A DNA stretch of 64,000 nt, taken from assembly GCF_050920415.1 (NCBI RefSeq), contig NZ_CP169309.1; one strand, written 5' to 3'. Origin of the DNA: Escherichia coli. GTDB taxonomy: Bacteria > Pseudomonadota > Gammaproteobacteria > Enterobacterales > Enterobacteriaceae. How positions within the stretch are numbered: the first letter of the stretch is position 1; each line of letters opens with the position of its first letter. Of the stretch, positions 9,411-20,513 are shown in pieces. The translations under genes were made by a program, and so were the position numbers. The notes under the pieces are model-generated. The model was not told the origin of the DNA. It made no database searches and worked only from the letters and a program-made list of their open reading frames with translations.

Positions 9411-12400
9411 ATGAGTAAACTTTTGGATCGCTTTCGCTACTTCAAACAAAAGGGCGAAACATTTGCCGATGGTCACGGCCAGGTGATGCATAGCAACCGC
9501 GACTGGGAGGACAGCTATCGCCAGCGTTGGCAGTTCGACAAAATCGTGCGTTCCACTCACGGCGTTAACTGTACAGGCTCCTGTAGCTGGAAAATCTACG
9601 TTAAAAATGGCCTGGTGACCTGGGAAATCCAACAGACCGACTATCCTCGCACTCGCCCTGACCTGCCCAATCATGAACCTCGCGGCTGCCCGCGTGGTGC
9701 AAGTTACTCCTGGTATCTTTACAGCGCCAACCGACTGAAATACCCGCTAATACGTAAACGACTGATTGAACTGTGGCGTGAAGCGCTCAAGCAACACAGC
9801 GATCCGGTACTGGCGTGGGCATCGATTATGAATGATCCGCAAAAGTGCATGAGTTACAAGCAGATACGCGGACGCGGCGGTTTTATCCGCTCCAACTGGC
9901 AAGAGCTAAACCAGTTGATTGCTGCCGCTAACGTCTGGACCATCAAAACCTACGGCCCGGATCGCGTTGCCGGTTTCTCGCCGATTCCAGCCATGTCAAT
10001 GGTTTCTTACGCCGCCGGAACACGCTATCTGTCGCTGTTAGGTGGCACCTGTTTAAGCTTCTACGACTGGTATTGCGACCTGCCGCCCGCCTCACCGATG
10101 ACCTGGGGCGAACAAACCGACGTGCCAGAATCTGCCGACTGGTATAACTCCAGCTACATCATCGCCTGGGGGTCTAACGTACCGCAGACACGTACGCCGG
10201 ACGCCCACTTTTTTACCGAAGTACGCTACAAAGGCACTAAAACCATCGCCATTACCCCTGACTACTCTGAAGTGGCCAAATTGTGCGACCAGTGGCTGGC
10301 ACCGAAACAAGGCACTGATAGCGCCCTGGCGATGGCAATGGGCCATGTGATTTTAAAAGAGTTCCATCTCGATAATCCCAGCGACTATTTTATCAACTAC
10401 TGCCGCCGCTACAGCGACATGCCGATGCTGGTAATGCTGGAACCTCGCGACGATGGTAGCTACGTTCCCGGGCGCATGATCCGCGCGTCTGACCTGGTAG
10501 ATGGGCTGGGCGAAAGCAACAATCCGCAGTGGAAAACCGTAGCAGTTAATACAGCAGGTGAACTGGTGGTGCCGAACGGTTCGATTGGTTTTCGCTGGGG
10601 AGAAAAAGGCAAATGGAATCTGGAATCCATTGCCGCCGGTACGGAAACCGAATTGTCGTTAACTCTGCTCGGTCAACATGATGCCGTTGCAGGCGTGGCC
10701 TTCCCCTACTTTGGCGGCATTGAAAATCCGCATTTTCGCAGCGTAAAACACAATCCGGTCCTGGTGCGCCAATTGCCCGTTAAAAACCTGACATTAGCCG
10801 ATGGCAACACCTGTCCGGTCGTCAGCGTTTATGATTTGGTACTGGCGAATTATGGCCTCGATCGCGGGCTGGAAGATGAAAACAGCGCGAAAGATTACGC
10901 TGAAATTAAACCTTACACCCCTGCCTGGGGCGAGCAAATTACCGGCGTACCGCGCCAGTATATTGAAACCATCGCCCGTGAATTTGCCGATACCGCCCAT
11001 AAAACGCATGGGCGCTCGATGATTATCCTCGGTGCTGGCGTCAACCATTGGTATCACATGGACATGAACTACCGTGGGATGATCAACATGCTGATCTTCT
11101 GCGGTTGTGTCGGCCAAAGCGGTGGCGGCTGGGCACACTATGTCGGTCAGGAAAAACTGCGCCCGCAAACCGGCTGGTTGCCGCTGGCCTTTGCGCTCGA
11201 CTGGAACCGACCACCGCGCCAGATGAACAGCACCTCGTTTTTCTACAATCATTCCAGCCAATGGCGCTATGAAAAAGTCTCTGCTCAGGAGTTACTTTCA
11301 CCGCTCGCCGATGCCAGTAAGTACAGCGGTCATCTGATTGATTTCAACGTTCGCGCCGAACGTATGGGCTGGCTACCTTCTGCGCCGCAGCTGGGGCGTA
11401 ACCCGCTCGGGATTAAAGCTGAAGCCGACAAGGCCGGATTATCCCCCACAGAATTTACCGCTCAGGCGCTGAAATCGGGCGATTTACGTATGGCCTGCGA
11501 ACAACCAGATAGCGGCAGCAATCATCCGCGTAATTTGTTTGTCTGGCGTTCTAACCTGCTTGGCTCCTCCGGCAAAGGCCACGAATATATGCAGAAGTAT
11601 CTGCTGGGAACCGAAAGTGGGATTCAGGGTGAGGAACTCGGTGCCAGCGACGGGATCAAACCAGAAGAAGTCGAGTGGCAAACTGCGGCGATTGAAGGCA
11701 AGCTCGACCTGCTGGTGACGCTCGACTTCCGTATGTCCAGTACCTGCCTGTTCTCCGATATCGTTCTGCCCACCGCCACCTGGTACGAAAAAGACGATAT
11801 GAACACCTCGGATATGCATCCGTTTATTCATCCGCTTTCTGCGGCGGTCGATCCGGCGTGGGAATCACGCAGCGACTGGGAAATCTACAAAGGTATTGCC
11901 AAAGCATTTTCGCAAGTGTGCGTAGGGCATCTAGGCAAAGAAACCGACGTGGTATTACAACCCCTACTGCATGACTCTCCGGCAGAGCTTTCGCAGCCGT
12001 GTGAAGTGCTCGACTGGCGCAAAGGCGAATGCGATCTGATCCCGGGTAAAACCGCGCCCAATATTGTGGCAGTGGAGCGTGACTACCCTGCTACCTATGA
12101 ACGCTTTACCTCTCTCGGGCCATTGATGGACAAACTTGGCAACGGCGGTAAAGGGATTTCGTGGAATACCCAGGATGAAATCGATTTCCTCGGCAAACTC
12201 AATTACACCAAGCGTGATGGCCCGGCACAGGGGCGACCGCTGATTGACACCGCCATTGACGCATCAGAAGTGATTCTGGCGCTGGCACCGGAAACCAACG
12301 GTCATGTTGCAGTCAAAGCGTGGCAGGCGCTGGGCGAGATCACCGGACGCGAACATACCCATCTGGCGCTGCACAAAGAGGACGAAAAGATCCGCTTTCG

Positions 12401-13151
12401 CGATATTCAGGCGCAGCCGCGTAAAATTATCTCCAGCCCCACATGGTCCGGTCTGGAAAGCGATCACGTCTCCTACAACGCCGGATACACCAACGTTCAT
12501 GAATTAATTCCGTGGCGCACGCTGTCGGGACGCCAGCAGGTCTATCAGGATCATCCGTGGATGCGTGCCTTTGGTGAAAGCCTGGTGGCTTATCGTCCGC
12601 CTATTGACACGCGTAGCGTCAGTGAAATGCGCCAGATACCGCCAAACGGCTTCCCGGAAAAAGAACTTAACTTCCTGACGCCGCATCAGAAATGGGGCAT
12701 TCACTCAACCTACAGTGAAAACCTGCTAATGCTGACGCTCTCTCGCGGTGGACCGATTGTCTGGATCAGCGAAACCGATGCCCGTGAATTGACCATTGTC
12801 GATAACGACTGGGTGGAAGTGTTTAACGCCAACGGCGCGCTGACTGCCCGCGCGGTGGTCAGCCAACGTGTACCGCCGGGTATGACCATGATGTATCACG
12901 CTCAGGAACGCATTATGAATATTCCTGGTTCGGAAGTAACCGGCATGCGCGGCGGCATTCATAACTCGGTCACCCGCGTTTGCCCAAAACCAACGCATAT
13001 GATTGGCGGTTACGCGCAGCTGGCCTGGGGCTTTAACTACTACGGCACCGTCGGCTCGAACCGCGACGAATTTATCATGATCCGCAAGATGAAGAACGTT
13101 AACTGGCTGGATGATGAAGGTCGCGATCAGGTACAGGAGGCGAAAAAATGA
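9411..13151 (+). CDS. narZ: Respiratory nitrate reductase Z, alpha subunit (molybdopterin)
   Basis: Track ORF 9288..13151; start MSKLLDRFRYFKQKGETF at 9411 preceded by GGAGCAGGAG; N-terminal HGVNCTGSCSW cluster motif; 1246 aa. Confidence 0.95.
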   Translation: MSKLLDRFRYFKQKGETFADGHGQVMHSNRDWEDSYRQRWQFDKIVRSTHGVNCTGSCSWKIYVKNGLVTWEIQQTDYPRTRPDLPNHEPRGCPRGASYSWYLYSANRLKYPLIRKRLIELWREALKQHSDPVLAWASIMNDPQKCMSYKQIRGRGGFIRSNWQELNQLIAAANVWTIKTYGPDRVAGFSPIPAMSMVSYAAGTRYLSLLGGTCLSFYDWYCDLPPASPMTWGEQTDVPESADWYNSSYIIAWGSNVPQTRTPDAHFFTEVRYKGTKTIAITPDYSEVAKLCDQWLAPKQGTDSALAMAMGHVILKEFHLDNPSDYFINYCRRYSDMPMLVMLEPRDDGSYVPGRMIRASDLVDGLGESNNPQWKTVAVNTAGELVVPNGSIGFRWGEKGKWNLESIAAGTETELSLTLLGQHDAVAGVAFPYFGGIENPHFRSVKHNPVLVRQLPVKNLTLADGNTCPVVSVYDLVLANYGLDRGLEDENSAKDYAEIKPYTPAWGEQITGVPRQYIETIAREFADTAHKTHGRSMIILGAGVNHWYHMDMNYRGMINMLIFCGCVGQSGGGWAHYVGQEKLRPQTGWLPLAFALDWNRPPRQMNSTSFFYNHSSQWRYEKVSAQELLSPLADASKYSGHLIDFNVRAERMGWLPSAPQLGRNPLGIKAEADKAGLSPTEFTAQALKSGDLRMACEQPDSGSNHPRNLFVWRSNLLGSSGKGHEYMQKYLLGTESGIQGEELGASDGIKPEEVEWQTAAIEGKLDLLVTLDFRMSSTCLFSDIVLPTATWYEKDDMNTSDMHPFIHPLSAAVDPAWESRSDWEIYKGIAKAFSQVCVGHLGKETDVVLQPLLHDSPAELSQPCEVLDWRKGECDLIPGKTAPNIVAVERDYPATYERFTSLGPLMDKLGNGGKGISWNTQDEIDFLGKLNYTKRDGPAQGRPLIDTAIDASEVILALAPETNGHVAVKAWQALGEITGREHTHLALHKEDEKIRFRDIQAQPRKIISSPTWSGLESDHVSYNAGYTNVHELIPWRTLSGRQQVYQDHPWMRAFGESLVAYRPPIDTRSVSEMRQIPPNGFPEKELNFLTPHQKWGIHSTYSENLLMLTLSRGGPIVWISETDARELTIVDNDWVEVFNANGALTARAVVSQRVPPGMTMMYHAQERIMNIPGSEVTGMRGGIHNSVTRVCPKPTHMIGGYAQLAWGFNYYGTVGSNRDEFIMIRKMKNVNWLDDEGRDQVQEAKK

Positions 13152-14692
13152 AAATACGTTCGCAAGTCGGCATGGTGCTTAACCTCGATAAATGTATCGG
13201 CTGCCATACCTGTTCGGTGACCTGTAAAAACGTCTGGACCGGACGCGAAGGCATGGAGTACGCATGGTTTAACAACGTCGAAACCAAACCGGGCATTGGT
13301 TATCCGAAAAACTGGGAAGATCAGGAAGAGTGGCAAGGCGGCTGGGTCCGCGATGTCAACGGTAAGATCCGCCCGCGTCTGGGCAGCAAGATGGGGGTGA
13401 TTACCAAAATCTTCGCCAACCCGGTGGTGCCGCAGATTGACGATTACTACGAACCTTTCACCTTCGACTACGAACATTTGCATAGCGCGCCAGAAGGTAA
13501 ACACATTCCTACTGCCCGCCCACGTTCGCTGATTGACGGCAAACGGATGGACAAAGTGATCTGGGGGCCAAACTGGGAAGAACTGCTGGGCGGTGAGTTC
13601 GAAAAACGTGCTCGCGACCGCAACTTTGACGCCATGCAAAAGGAGATGTACGGTCAGTTTGAAAATACGTTCATGATGTACCTGCCGCGCCTGTGCGAAC
13701 ACTGCCTTAACCCCAGCTGCGTGGCGACCTGCCCCAGCGGCGCGATCTACAAACGCGAAGAAGACGGTATTGTGCTGATCGATCAGGACAAATGCCGTGG
13801 CTGGCGTTTGTGCATTAGCGGTTGTCCGTACAAAAAAATCTACTTCAACTGGAAAAGCGGTAAGTCAGAAAAATGCATCTTCTGTTACCCACGAATTGAG
13901 TCAGGCCAACCCACCGTGTGCTCAGAAACCTGCGTGGGTCGCATCCGGTATCTGGGCGTGCTGCTTTACGACGCCGACCGCATCGAGGAAGCGGCGAGCA
14001 CCGAACGCGAGGTTGATCTCTACGAACGCCAGTGCGAAGTGTTCCTCGATCCGCACGATCCCTCGGTGATCGAAGAAGCCCTGAAACAAGGTATTCCACA
14101 AAATGTGATTGAAGCTGCCCAGCGTTCGCCAGTCTACAAAATGGCGATGGACTGGAAACTGGCGCTACCGCTGCACCCTGAATATCGCACCCTGCCGATG
14201 GTCTGGTACGTTCCTCCGCTGTCACCGATTCAGTCCTATGCAGATGCGGGCGGCTTGCCGAAAAGCGAAGGCGTGCTGCCCGCCATCGAAAGCCTGCGTA
14301 TTCCGGTGCAATATCTCGCCAATATGTTGAGTGCCGGTGATACCGGTCCGGTACTGCGGGCGCTGAAACGGATGATGGCGATGCGCCACTATATGCGTTC
14401 ACAAACCGTGGAAGGTGTTACCGATACCCGCGCCATTGACGAAGTAGGCCTGAGCGTCGCCCAGGTCGAAGAGATGTATCGCTACCTTGCCATCGCCAAC
14501 TATGAAGATCGTTTTGTCATTCCAACCAGTCATCGGGAAATGGCGGGTGATGCTTTCGCAGAACGCAACGGCTGCGGCTTCAGCTTTGGCGACGGTTGCC
14601 ACGGCTCAGACAGCAAATTCAACCTGTTCAACAGTAGCCGTATCGATGCCATCAACATTACCGAAGTGCGCGATAAAGCGGAGGGAGAATAA
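13148..14692 (+). CDS. narY: Respiratory nitrate reductase Z, beta subunit (Fe-S)
   Basis: 514 aa with multiple Cys clusters (CIGCHTCSVTC, CEHCLNPSCVATCPSGA); ATGA overlap with narZ stop. Confidence 0.95.
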   Translation: MKIRSQVGMVLNLDKCIGCHTCSVTCKNVWTGREGMEYAWFNNVETKPGIGYPKNWEDQEEWQGGWVRDVNGKIRPRLGSKMGVITKIFANPVVPQIDDYYEPFTFDYEHLHSAPEGKHIPTARPRSLIDGKRMDKVIWGPNWEELLGGEFEKRARDRNFDAMQKEMYGQFENTFMMYLPRLCEHCLNPSCVATCPSGAIYKREEDGIVLIDQDKCRGWRLCISGCPYKKIYFNWKSGKSEKCIFCYPRIESGQPTVCSETCVGRIRYLGVLLYDADRIEEAASTEREVDLYERQCEVFLDPHDPSVIEEALKQGIPQNVIEAAQRSPVYKMAMDWKLALPLHPEYRTLPMVWYVPPLSPIQSYADAGGLPKSEGVLPAIESLRIPVQYLANMLSAGDTGPVLRALKRMMAMRHYMRSQTVEGVTDTRAIDEVGLSVAQVEEMYRYLAIANYEDRFVIPTSHREMAGDAFAERNGCGFSFGDGCHGSDSKFNLFNSSRIDAINITEVRDKAEGE

Positions 14693-15387
14693 TGCAGATC
14701 CTCAAAGTGATCGGCCTGTTGATGGAGTACCCGGACGAGCTGTTGTGGGAGTGTAAGGACGACGCGCTGGCATTAATCCGCCGCGACGCGTCGATGCTCA
14801 CCGATTTTGCACTCGACCTGCTCAACGCGCCGCTGCTGGATAAACAGGCCGAATGGTGTGAAGTGTTCGACCGCGGGCGCACCACGTCGCTGCTGCTGTT
14901 CGAACATGTTCATGCCGAATCCCGCGATCGAGGCCAGGCAATGGTGGACCTGCTGGCGGAGTACGAAAAGGTCGGTCTGCAACTGGATTGTCGGGAACTG
15001 CCCGATTATCTGCCGCTGTACCTGGAGTACTTAAGTGTGCTGCCGGACGATCAGGCAAAAGAAGGATTACTCAACGTTGCGCCGATCCTCGCCCTGCTTG
15101 GCGGACGCTTAAAACAACGCGAGACACCGTGGTACGCGTTATTTGACGCCCTTTTGCAACTGGCAGGAAGTCCCCTGTCAAGTGACAGTGTCACAAAACA
15201 AATTCGTAGTGAAGAGCGTGACGACACCCGCCAGGCGCTGGATGCGGTGTGGGAAGAAGAACAGGTGAAGTTTATTGAAGATAACGCCACGGCGTGTGAC
15301 AGCTCGCCGCTTAATCAATATCAGCGACGCTTTAGCCAGGATGTCGCGCCGCAGTACGTCGACATCAGTGCGGGAGGTGGGAAATGA
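14692..15387 (+). CDS. narW: Nitrate reductase Z assembly chaperone (delta)
   Basis: 231-aa ORF between beta and gamma subunits; TAATG overlap with narY. Confidence 0.9.
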
Positions 15388-16064
15388 TTCAGTATCTGAA
15401 CGTCTTTTTTTACGATATCTACCCGTACATTTGTGCGACGGTGTTTTTCCTTGGCAGCTGGCTGCGCTATGACTACGGGCAGTACACCTGGCGCGCCTCC
15501 TCGAGCCAGATGCTCGATAAACGCGGGATGGTGATATGGTCGAATCTGTTCCATATCGGCATTTTGGGGATCTTCTTCGGGCACCTGTTCGGCATGTTAA
15601 CGCCGCACTGGATGTACGCGTGGTTTTTGCCAGTGGCAGCGAAACAACTAATGGCGATGGTGCTCGGCGGTATTTGCGGCGTGTTGACGTTGATTGGCGG
15701 TGCAGGACTGCTGTGGCGCAGGCTGACAAATCAGCGTGTGCGTGCTACTTCCACCACGCCGGATATCATCATCATGAGCATATTGCTGATCCAATGTTTG
15801 TTGGGGCTAAGTACCATACCGTTTTCAGCACAGTATCCTGATGGTAGCGAAATGATGAAACTGGTGGGGTGGGCGCAAAGTATCGTCACTTTCCGTGGAG
15901 GATCGTCAGAAATGCTTAACGGCGTAGCGTTCGTCTTCCGCCTGCATCTGGTATTGGGAATGACCATCTTCCTGCTCTTTCCGTTCACCCGACTGGTGCA
16001 TGTGTGGAGCGCGCCGTTTGAGTACTTTACTCGTCGGTATCAGATTGTGCGTTCGCGGCGATAA
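15384..16064 (+). CDS. narV: Respiratory nitrate reductase Z, gamma subunit (cytochrome b)
   Basis: 226-aa polytopic membrane ORF; ATGA overlap with narW. Confidence 0.9.
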
Positions 16065-16143
16065 TTCTCCCCCTGGCCGGATAGTCCTTCGCTCTCCGGC
16101 CACTTGCAGGCTATGATAGTTCTCCAGCCACAGGAGAACGTTA

Positions 16144-17037
16144 ATGAAACCGCAGGTTTATCACGTCGATGCTTTTACCGCTCAACCGTTTCGCGGCAAT
16201 TCTGCCGGTGTTGTTTTTCCCGCCGATAAACTTAGCGAAGCGCAAATGCAGCTTATCGCCCGCGAATTAGGTCATTCGGAAACTGCTTTTCTGCTGCACA
16301 GCGACGACAGCGATGTACACGTTCGATACTTTACGCCAACGGTTGAAGTGCCAATTTGCGGTCACGCAACGGTGGCTGCGCACTATGTACGTTCAAAGGT
16401 ATTAGGTTTGGGAAATTGCACGGTATGGCAAACGTCGCTGGCAGGAAAACATCGCGTGACTATCGAAAAGCACAACGATGATTATCGTATTTCGCTGGAA
16501 CAAGGTACGCCAGGCTTTGAGCCACCGCTGGAAGGTGAAACACGTGCAGCGATTATCAACGCGCTTCATCTCACTGAAGACGATATTCTGCCAGGCTTGC
16601 CAATTCAGGTGGCAACCACAGGACACTCAAAAGTGATGATCCCGTTGAAACCAGAAGTGGATATCGACGCTCTTTCGCCTGACCTTGCTGCGCTGACCGC
16701 AATCAGCAAGCAGATTGGCTGCAATGGTTTTTTCCCGTTCCAGATCCGCCCTGGCAAAAATGAAACCGATGGTCGCATGTTCTCACCTGCGATTGGTATT
16801 GTGGAAGATCCGGTGACCGGGAATGCCAATGGCCCGATGGGCGCATGGTTGGTACATCACAACTTACTACCCCACGATGGCAGCGTGTTGCGTGTTAAAG
16901 GCCATCAGGGGCGCGCACTGGGGCGTGACGGCGTGATTGATGTGACGGTGACAATTCGAGATAACCAACCGGAGAAAGTCACCATTTCTGGCACAGCGGT
17001 GATTCTTTTCCATGCTGAATGGGCCATTGATTTTTGA
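16144..17037 (+). CDS. yddE: PhzF-family isomerase-like protein
   Basis: 297-aa ORF MKPQVYHVDAFTAQPFRGNSAGVVF..., conserved position after narV. Confidence 0.8.
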   Translation: MKPQVYHVDAFTAQPFRGNSAGVVFPADKLSEAQMQLIARELGHSETAFLLHSDDSDVHVRYFTPTVEVPICGHATVAAHYVRSKVLGLGNCTVWQTSLAGKHRVTIEKHNDDYRISLEQGTPGFEPPLEGETRAAIINALHLTEDDILPGLPIQVATTGHSKVMIPLKPEVDIDALSPDLAALTAISKQIGCNGFFPFQIRPGKNETDGRMFSPAIGIVEDPVTGNANGPMGAWLVHHNLLPHDGSVLRVKGHQGRALGRDGVIDVTVTIRDNQPEKVTISGTAVILFHAEWAIDF

Positions 17038-17044
17038 TACCGTT

Positions 17045-17120
17045 GCCTGATGCGCTTCGCTTATCAGGCCTACAACCGGGCTAATGTGGGCCGGTTGTAG
17101 GCGTTTACGCCGCATCCGGC
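17045..17120. repeat. BIME: two inverted REP elements between yddE and nhoA
   Basis: GCCTGATGCGCTTCGCTTATCAGGCCTACAACCGG ... CCGGTTGTAGGCGTTTACGCCGCATCCGGC read directly. Confidence 0.65.
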
Positions 17121-17132
17121 CCCTGGCACAAA

Positions 17133-17978
17133 CTATTTCCCCGCCTCCGGATGCGTATCAAACGCCGCCATCACCAACGCCAGTTCATCCACAGTAAAGC
17201 CATGCTTTGCGTCATCTACGCCCAGACCAAACTGCTCCTGCATCACGGCATATAACGACGCCACATCCGCTAGATTCCGCTGCTCCACTGCATGTCCATT
17301 TTCATAATGGGTGAAATGAAAATTGGTCAGTGTCAGTTTGCCACCGTCCGGCAAATGGCGGCACATCAGCAAATGATGGCGAAAATGCGATTGCGGCCAG
17401 TGCGCCGACCAGAAATTCCCCATCACATAATCACTTTGTTGTTGTTCACAGAGATCAAAACGGTACATCGACTGCCAGTGCTGATGATGATTAAACTGCA
17501 AAATCCAGTCGTTCCCTTCCTGTAACAGCCGATATTCGCCATGTGGCGTTGTTTGCGCGATATCCGCCACTAAACGAATCGGCGCAGTCAAAGTCTGCCC
17601 ACCGAAACCGACATCGGCAATCCAGTGTTCGCCTTCCAGCTCCACCAACAACAAACGATGGGTACGCGGCGGTAATGCTGGCGGATTAGATAACACTACG
17701 CGCCCTAACAGACTGCGTACCTGAAAACCCAGCTCGCGTAACACCCGCTCAAACACGCCATTCTGCTCAAAGCAGTAACCACCACGCCGGGCGAGCACCA
17801 ATTTCTCTTCCAGCGATTGATCATCAAGCTGCATTTCTCTCGGCAGCAAAACATCGAGATTTTCAAATGGAATGGTGCAATTGTGTTTCAGGTGTAATGC
17901 GCGCAGCGTTTCGATATTGACCGCAGCCGCTCCCGACCAGTTAATGCGGGTAAAATAGTGATTCAGAATGGGCGTCAT
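17133..17978 (-). CDS. nhoA: N-hydroxyarylamine O-acetyltransferase
   Basis: 281-aa ORF MTPILNHYFTRINWSGAAAVNIETLRALHLKH... with the arylamine N-acetyltransferase Cys context (RGGYCFEQN). Confidence 0.9.
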   Translation of the reverse strand: MTPILNHYFTRINWSGAAAVNIETLRALHLKHNCTIPFENLDVLLPREMQLDDQSLEEKLVLARRGGYCFEQNGVFERVLRELGFQVRSLLGRVVLSNPPALPPRTHRLLLVELEGEHWIADVGFGGQTLTAPIRLVADIAQTTPHGEYRLLQEGNDWILQFNHHQHWQSMYRFDLCEQQQSDYVMGNFWSAHWPQSHFRHHLLMCRHLPDGGKLTLTNFHFTHYENGHAVEQRNLADVASLYAVMQEQFGLGVDDAKHGFTVDELALVMAAFDTHPEAGK

Positions 17979-18152
17979 CAGGCGTTTCCGTTTGTGGTTT
18001 TCTCAATTTATAACCTGGAATAGACGCCGCACCGGCTATTTTGTGCGATCGCGGACATGCATCACGTTCGCAAATCGCCAATCCCGTTAATTTCGTTACT
18101 TATTGCGTTACGAGCTACGCTTTTAAAACACCCTTCTTAGCGAGGCGATACC

Positions 18153-18722
18153 GTGAGCCGATTCATCCCCGTCGAATTACACCATGCCAGCCGTCTGTTA
18201 AACCACGGCCCCACAGTTTTGATAACAACTTTTGATGAAAAATCACAGCGACGTAATGTGATGGCTGCGGCCTGGTCGATGCCGGTGGAGTTTGAACCGC
18301 CACGTGTGGCGATTGTGGTAGATAAATCGACATGGACCAGGGAGTTGATTGAGCGTAACGGTAAATTTGGCATCGTTATCCCGGGCGTTGCGGCGACTAA
18401 CTGGACGTGGGCGGTGGGAAGTGTGTCGGGTCGTGAAGAAGATAAATTTAATTGCTATGGCATTCCGGTTGTGAAAGGTCCGGTGCTTGGATTGCCGCTG
18501 GTTGAAGAGAAATGTCTGGCATGGATGGAGTGTCGATTGCTACCAGCGACTTCTGCGCAAGAAAAATACGATACGCTATTTGGCGAAGTGGTATCGGCAG
18601 CGGCAGACGCACGAGTATTTGTCGAAGGCCGCTGGCAGTTTGATGATGACAAACTCAATACACTACATCATTTAGGTGCTGGCACGTTTGTTACCAGCGG
18701 CAAGCGAGTTGCCGCTGGTTAA
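18153..18722 (+). CDS. yddH: Flavin reductase-like domain protein
   Basis: 189-aa ORF, conserved neighbour of nhoA. Confidence 0.8.
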   Translation: MSRFIPVELHHASRLLNHGPTVLITTFDEKSQRRNVMAAAWSMPVEFEPPRVAIVVDKSTWTRELIERNGKFGIVIPGVAATNWTWAVGSVSGREEDKFNCYGIPVVKGPVLGLPLVEEKCLAWMECRLLPATSAQEKYDTLFGEVVSAAADARVFVEGRWQFDDDKLNTLHHLGAGTFVTSGKRVAAG

Positions 18723-18760
18723 AGAGAGAGCGTTCAGAATTCTGTGTGACGTTAAAAATT

Positions 18761-19156
18761 CTACAGCGTCATCACATTATTCAGCCGCCCTTCAAAATAA
18801 ATAGCTAACTGTGACAATGTCAAATTCCAGCTCTGAACTGGCATTGTCCATTTTTTCTGCGCATTCATCAGTCCCAGGTAAAGTAGCTTCAACAGGCTGT
18901 TTTCATTCGGGAAGGCACCTTTTGTTTTGGTCAGCTTTCTGAACTGCCGGTGAACTGACTCGATAGCATTGGTCGTGTAAATCACCTTACGGATACCCGC
19001 CGGATAACGGAAGTAATGCGACAGATTTTCCCATTTTCGCCGCCACGACTGAAGCACCACCGGATACTGCTGACCCCATTTCGCCTCCAGCTCGTCCAGC
19101 GCTGTTTCTGCCGCCTCCTTCGATACCGCACGGTACACCGGTTTCAGGTCGGCCAT
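18761..19156 (-). pseudogene. IS256-family (mutator-type) transposase, C-terminal fragment only
   Basis: 131-aa ORF with the family C-terminal signature ...IYTTNAIESVHRQFRKLTKTKGAFPNENSLLKLLYLGL...KKWTMPVQSWN...; the N-terminal ~270 aa are missing and the fragment abuts the ISAs1 ORF. Confidence 0.7.
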
Positions 19157-19159
19157 GAG

Positions 19160-20400
19160 CCAGGGAAAGATTACGAAAGCCCGCTCCCCGCAAGGACTGA
19201 CGCCAGATACTTTCTGTCCATGGCTGCTTTTCGCATCTTACGTCTTAACCCTGCCTTGAATACCTTATCATTCGTCAAAATATTAATAGCGATGTGCCGT
19301 ATCCCTGAAAATAATTCTGCTGCATTTCCTCTTCTTATTTTGCAGTCGTCTTCATTCATTACCACGTCCAGACGCCAGTGCAGCTTATTCTCCACGTGCC
19401 AGTGATTTCGGATCGCTGTGGCGAACTTCTCTGCGGTTAAATCAGCAGAACTGATATAATATCTGACCGTCATTTCTGGCTCTTTCTTTTGTTCTGCTAT
19501 TATTGACCGAAAGGAGACTGCCACGCATAATTTCTTCAGACCTTTCCATTCAAACGTGAAATCAATAAGTTCATCAGGGACATCGCAAACAATATGAAGA
19601 CGGATTTCTTCTCTGCCGTGACTCTTTTCACTAATTGCGTAACTGTCATGCTCTGGATTATTTAATTCTTTCAGCGGAAATTTTTCCTCGAAGGCTTTAT
19701 TTAGCCGCCCCTGGTTTCCTTTTACAGCGAATAAATAATCACCTCCCTGTTTTTGTATCTTCTCTGCAATATCTTTCTGGCAACCCATCGCATCAGTTGT
19801 GATGATTTTTCCTTTAATATCCAGCATGTTAAGAAGTTCTGGGATAGCTGTAATCTCATTGGATTTCTCATCCGTCTTGATCTGTCCGATGACCAGACTG
19901 TGCATTGTTGAGAACGCACTAATGACATGAATCGCTCCCCTGCGGCGACTCTTGTCATAAGAGTGCCGGAGCGTTTTTCCATCAATTGCAATGACGTCTT
20001 TATCATCTGAAGAATGACATTCACGCATCCGGTTAATAAAGCATTCGTGAAATTTTGCAGGACTGATACATGATACAACTCTGGCAATAGTATCGTGAAC
20101 AGGAATACCATTTTCAAAATCACCATATTGCTTCAAAAAATCGAGATGAGTTTCCCCGAAATCCTCTATATCTTCCCAGCCTTCTGCACCCGAAATAACG
20201 GCGCAAATAGTCAACAGTAGAATATCCGATAATTTATGCTCCACTTTCCAGGCTTGTCTGTAATCGGGGATAATAGAAATATGTTCCATCAATTTTTTAA
20301 GTTCCATTTTGTTCTCCTTAATTATGTAAGGAGTATTTGATCATGTATAAGCAATAAAAAACAGCTTCAGGTAATGAGGAATATCTCAATTTTTAAACAT
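19160..20400 (-). mobile_element. ISAs1-family (H-repeat) element; ends not resolved
   Basis: Inferred from the transposase ORF; terminal inverted repeats were not identified by eye. Confidence 0.45.
19171..20307 (-). CDS. ISAs1-family transposase (H-repeat-associated protein, YdcC-like), intact
   Basis: 378-aa [65 protein letters not shown]...; matches the H-repeat protein family. Confidence 0.85.
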   Translation of the reverse strand: MELKKLMEHISIIPDYRQAWKVEHKLSDILLLTICAVISGAEGWEDIEDFGETHLDFLKQYGDFENGIPVHDTIARVVSCISPAKFHECFINRMRECHSSDDKDVIAIDGKTLRHSYDKSRRRGAIHVISAFSTMHSLVIGQIKTDEKSNEITAIPELLNMLDIKGKIITTDAMGCQKDIAEKIQKQGGDYLFAVKGNQGRLNKAFEEKFPLKELNNPEHDSYAISEKSHGREEIRLHIVCDVPDELIDFTFEWKGLKKLCVAVSFRSIIAEQKKEPEMTVRYYISSADLTAEKFATAIRNHWHVENKLHWRLDVVMNEDDCKIRRGNAAELFSGIRHIAINILTNDKVFKAGLRRKMRKAAMDRKYLASVLAGSGLS

Positions 20401-20476
20401 AAAATGCGAATTGTTTAGTACAAAAAAGCAGCGTTAAGTGAGTAGGCCACCGGAACCTCCCCGACAGCCTCTCGCA

Positions 20477-20510
20477 GAACCGTACGTGAAACTCTCGCTT
20501 CATACGGCTC
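20477..20510 (-). ncRNA. Group II intron domain V (catalytic hairpin)
   Basis: Minus strand reads GAGCCGTATGAAGCGAGAGTTTCACGTACGGTTC: AGC triad, GAGA GNRA loop, flanking GAGC/GTTC helix. Confidence 0.8.
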
Positions 20511-20513
20511 CCG

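Noticed and set aside
9303-13702. Numerous minus-strand ORFs inside narZ (for example 10794..11261 and 13127..13702)
   Set aside because: Antisense to a very well-supported 1246-aa nitrate reductase alpha subunit frame; Arg/Pro-rich translations typical of GC-rich antisense frames.
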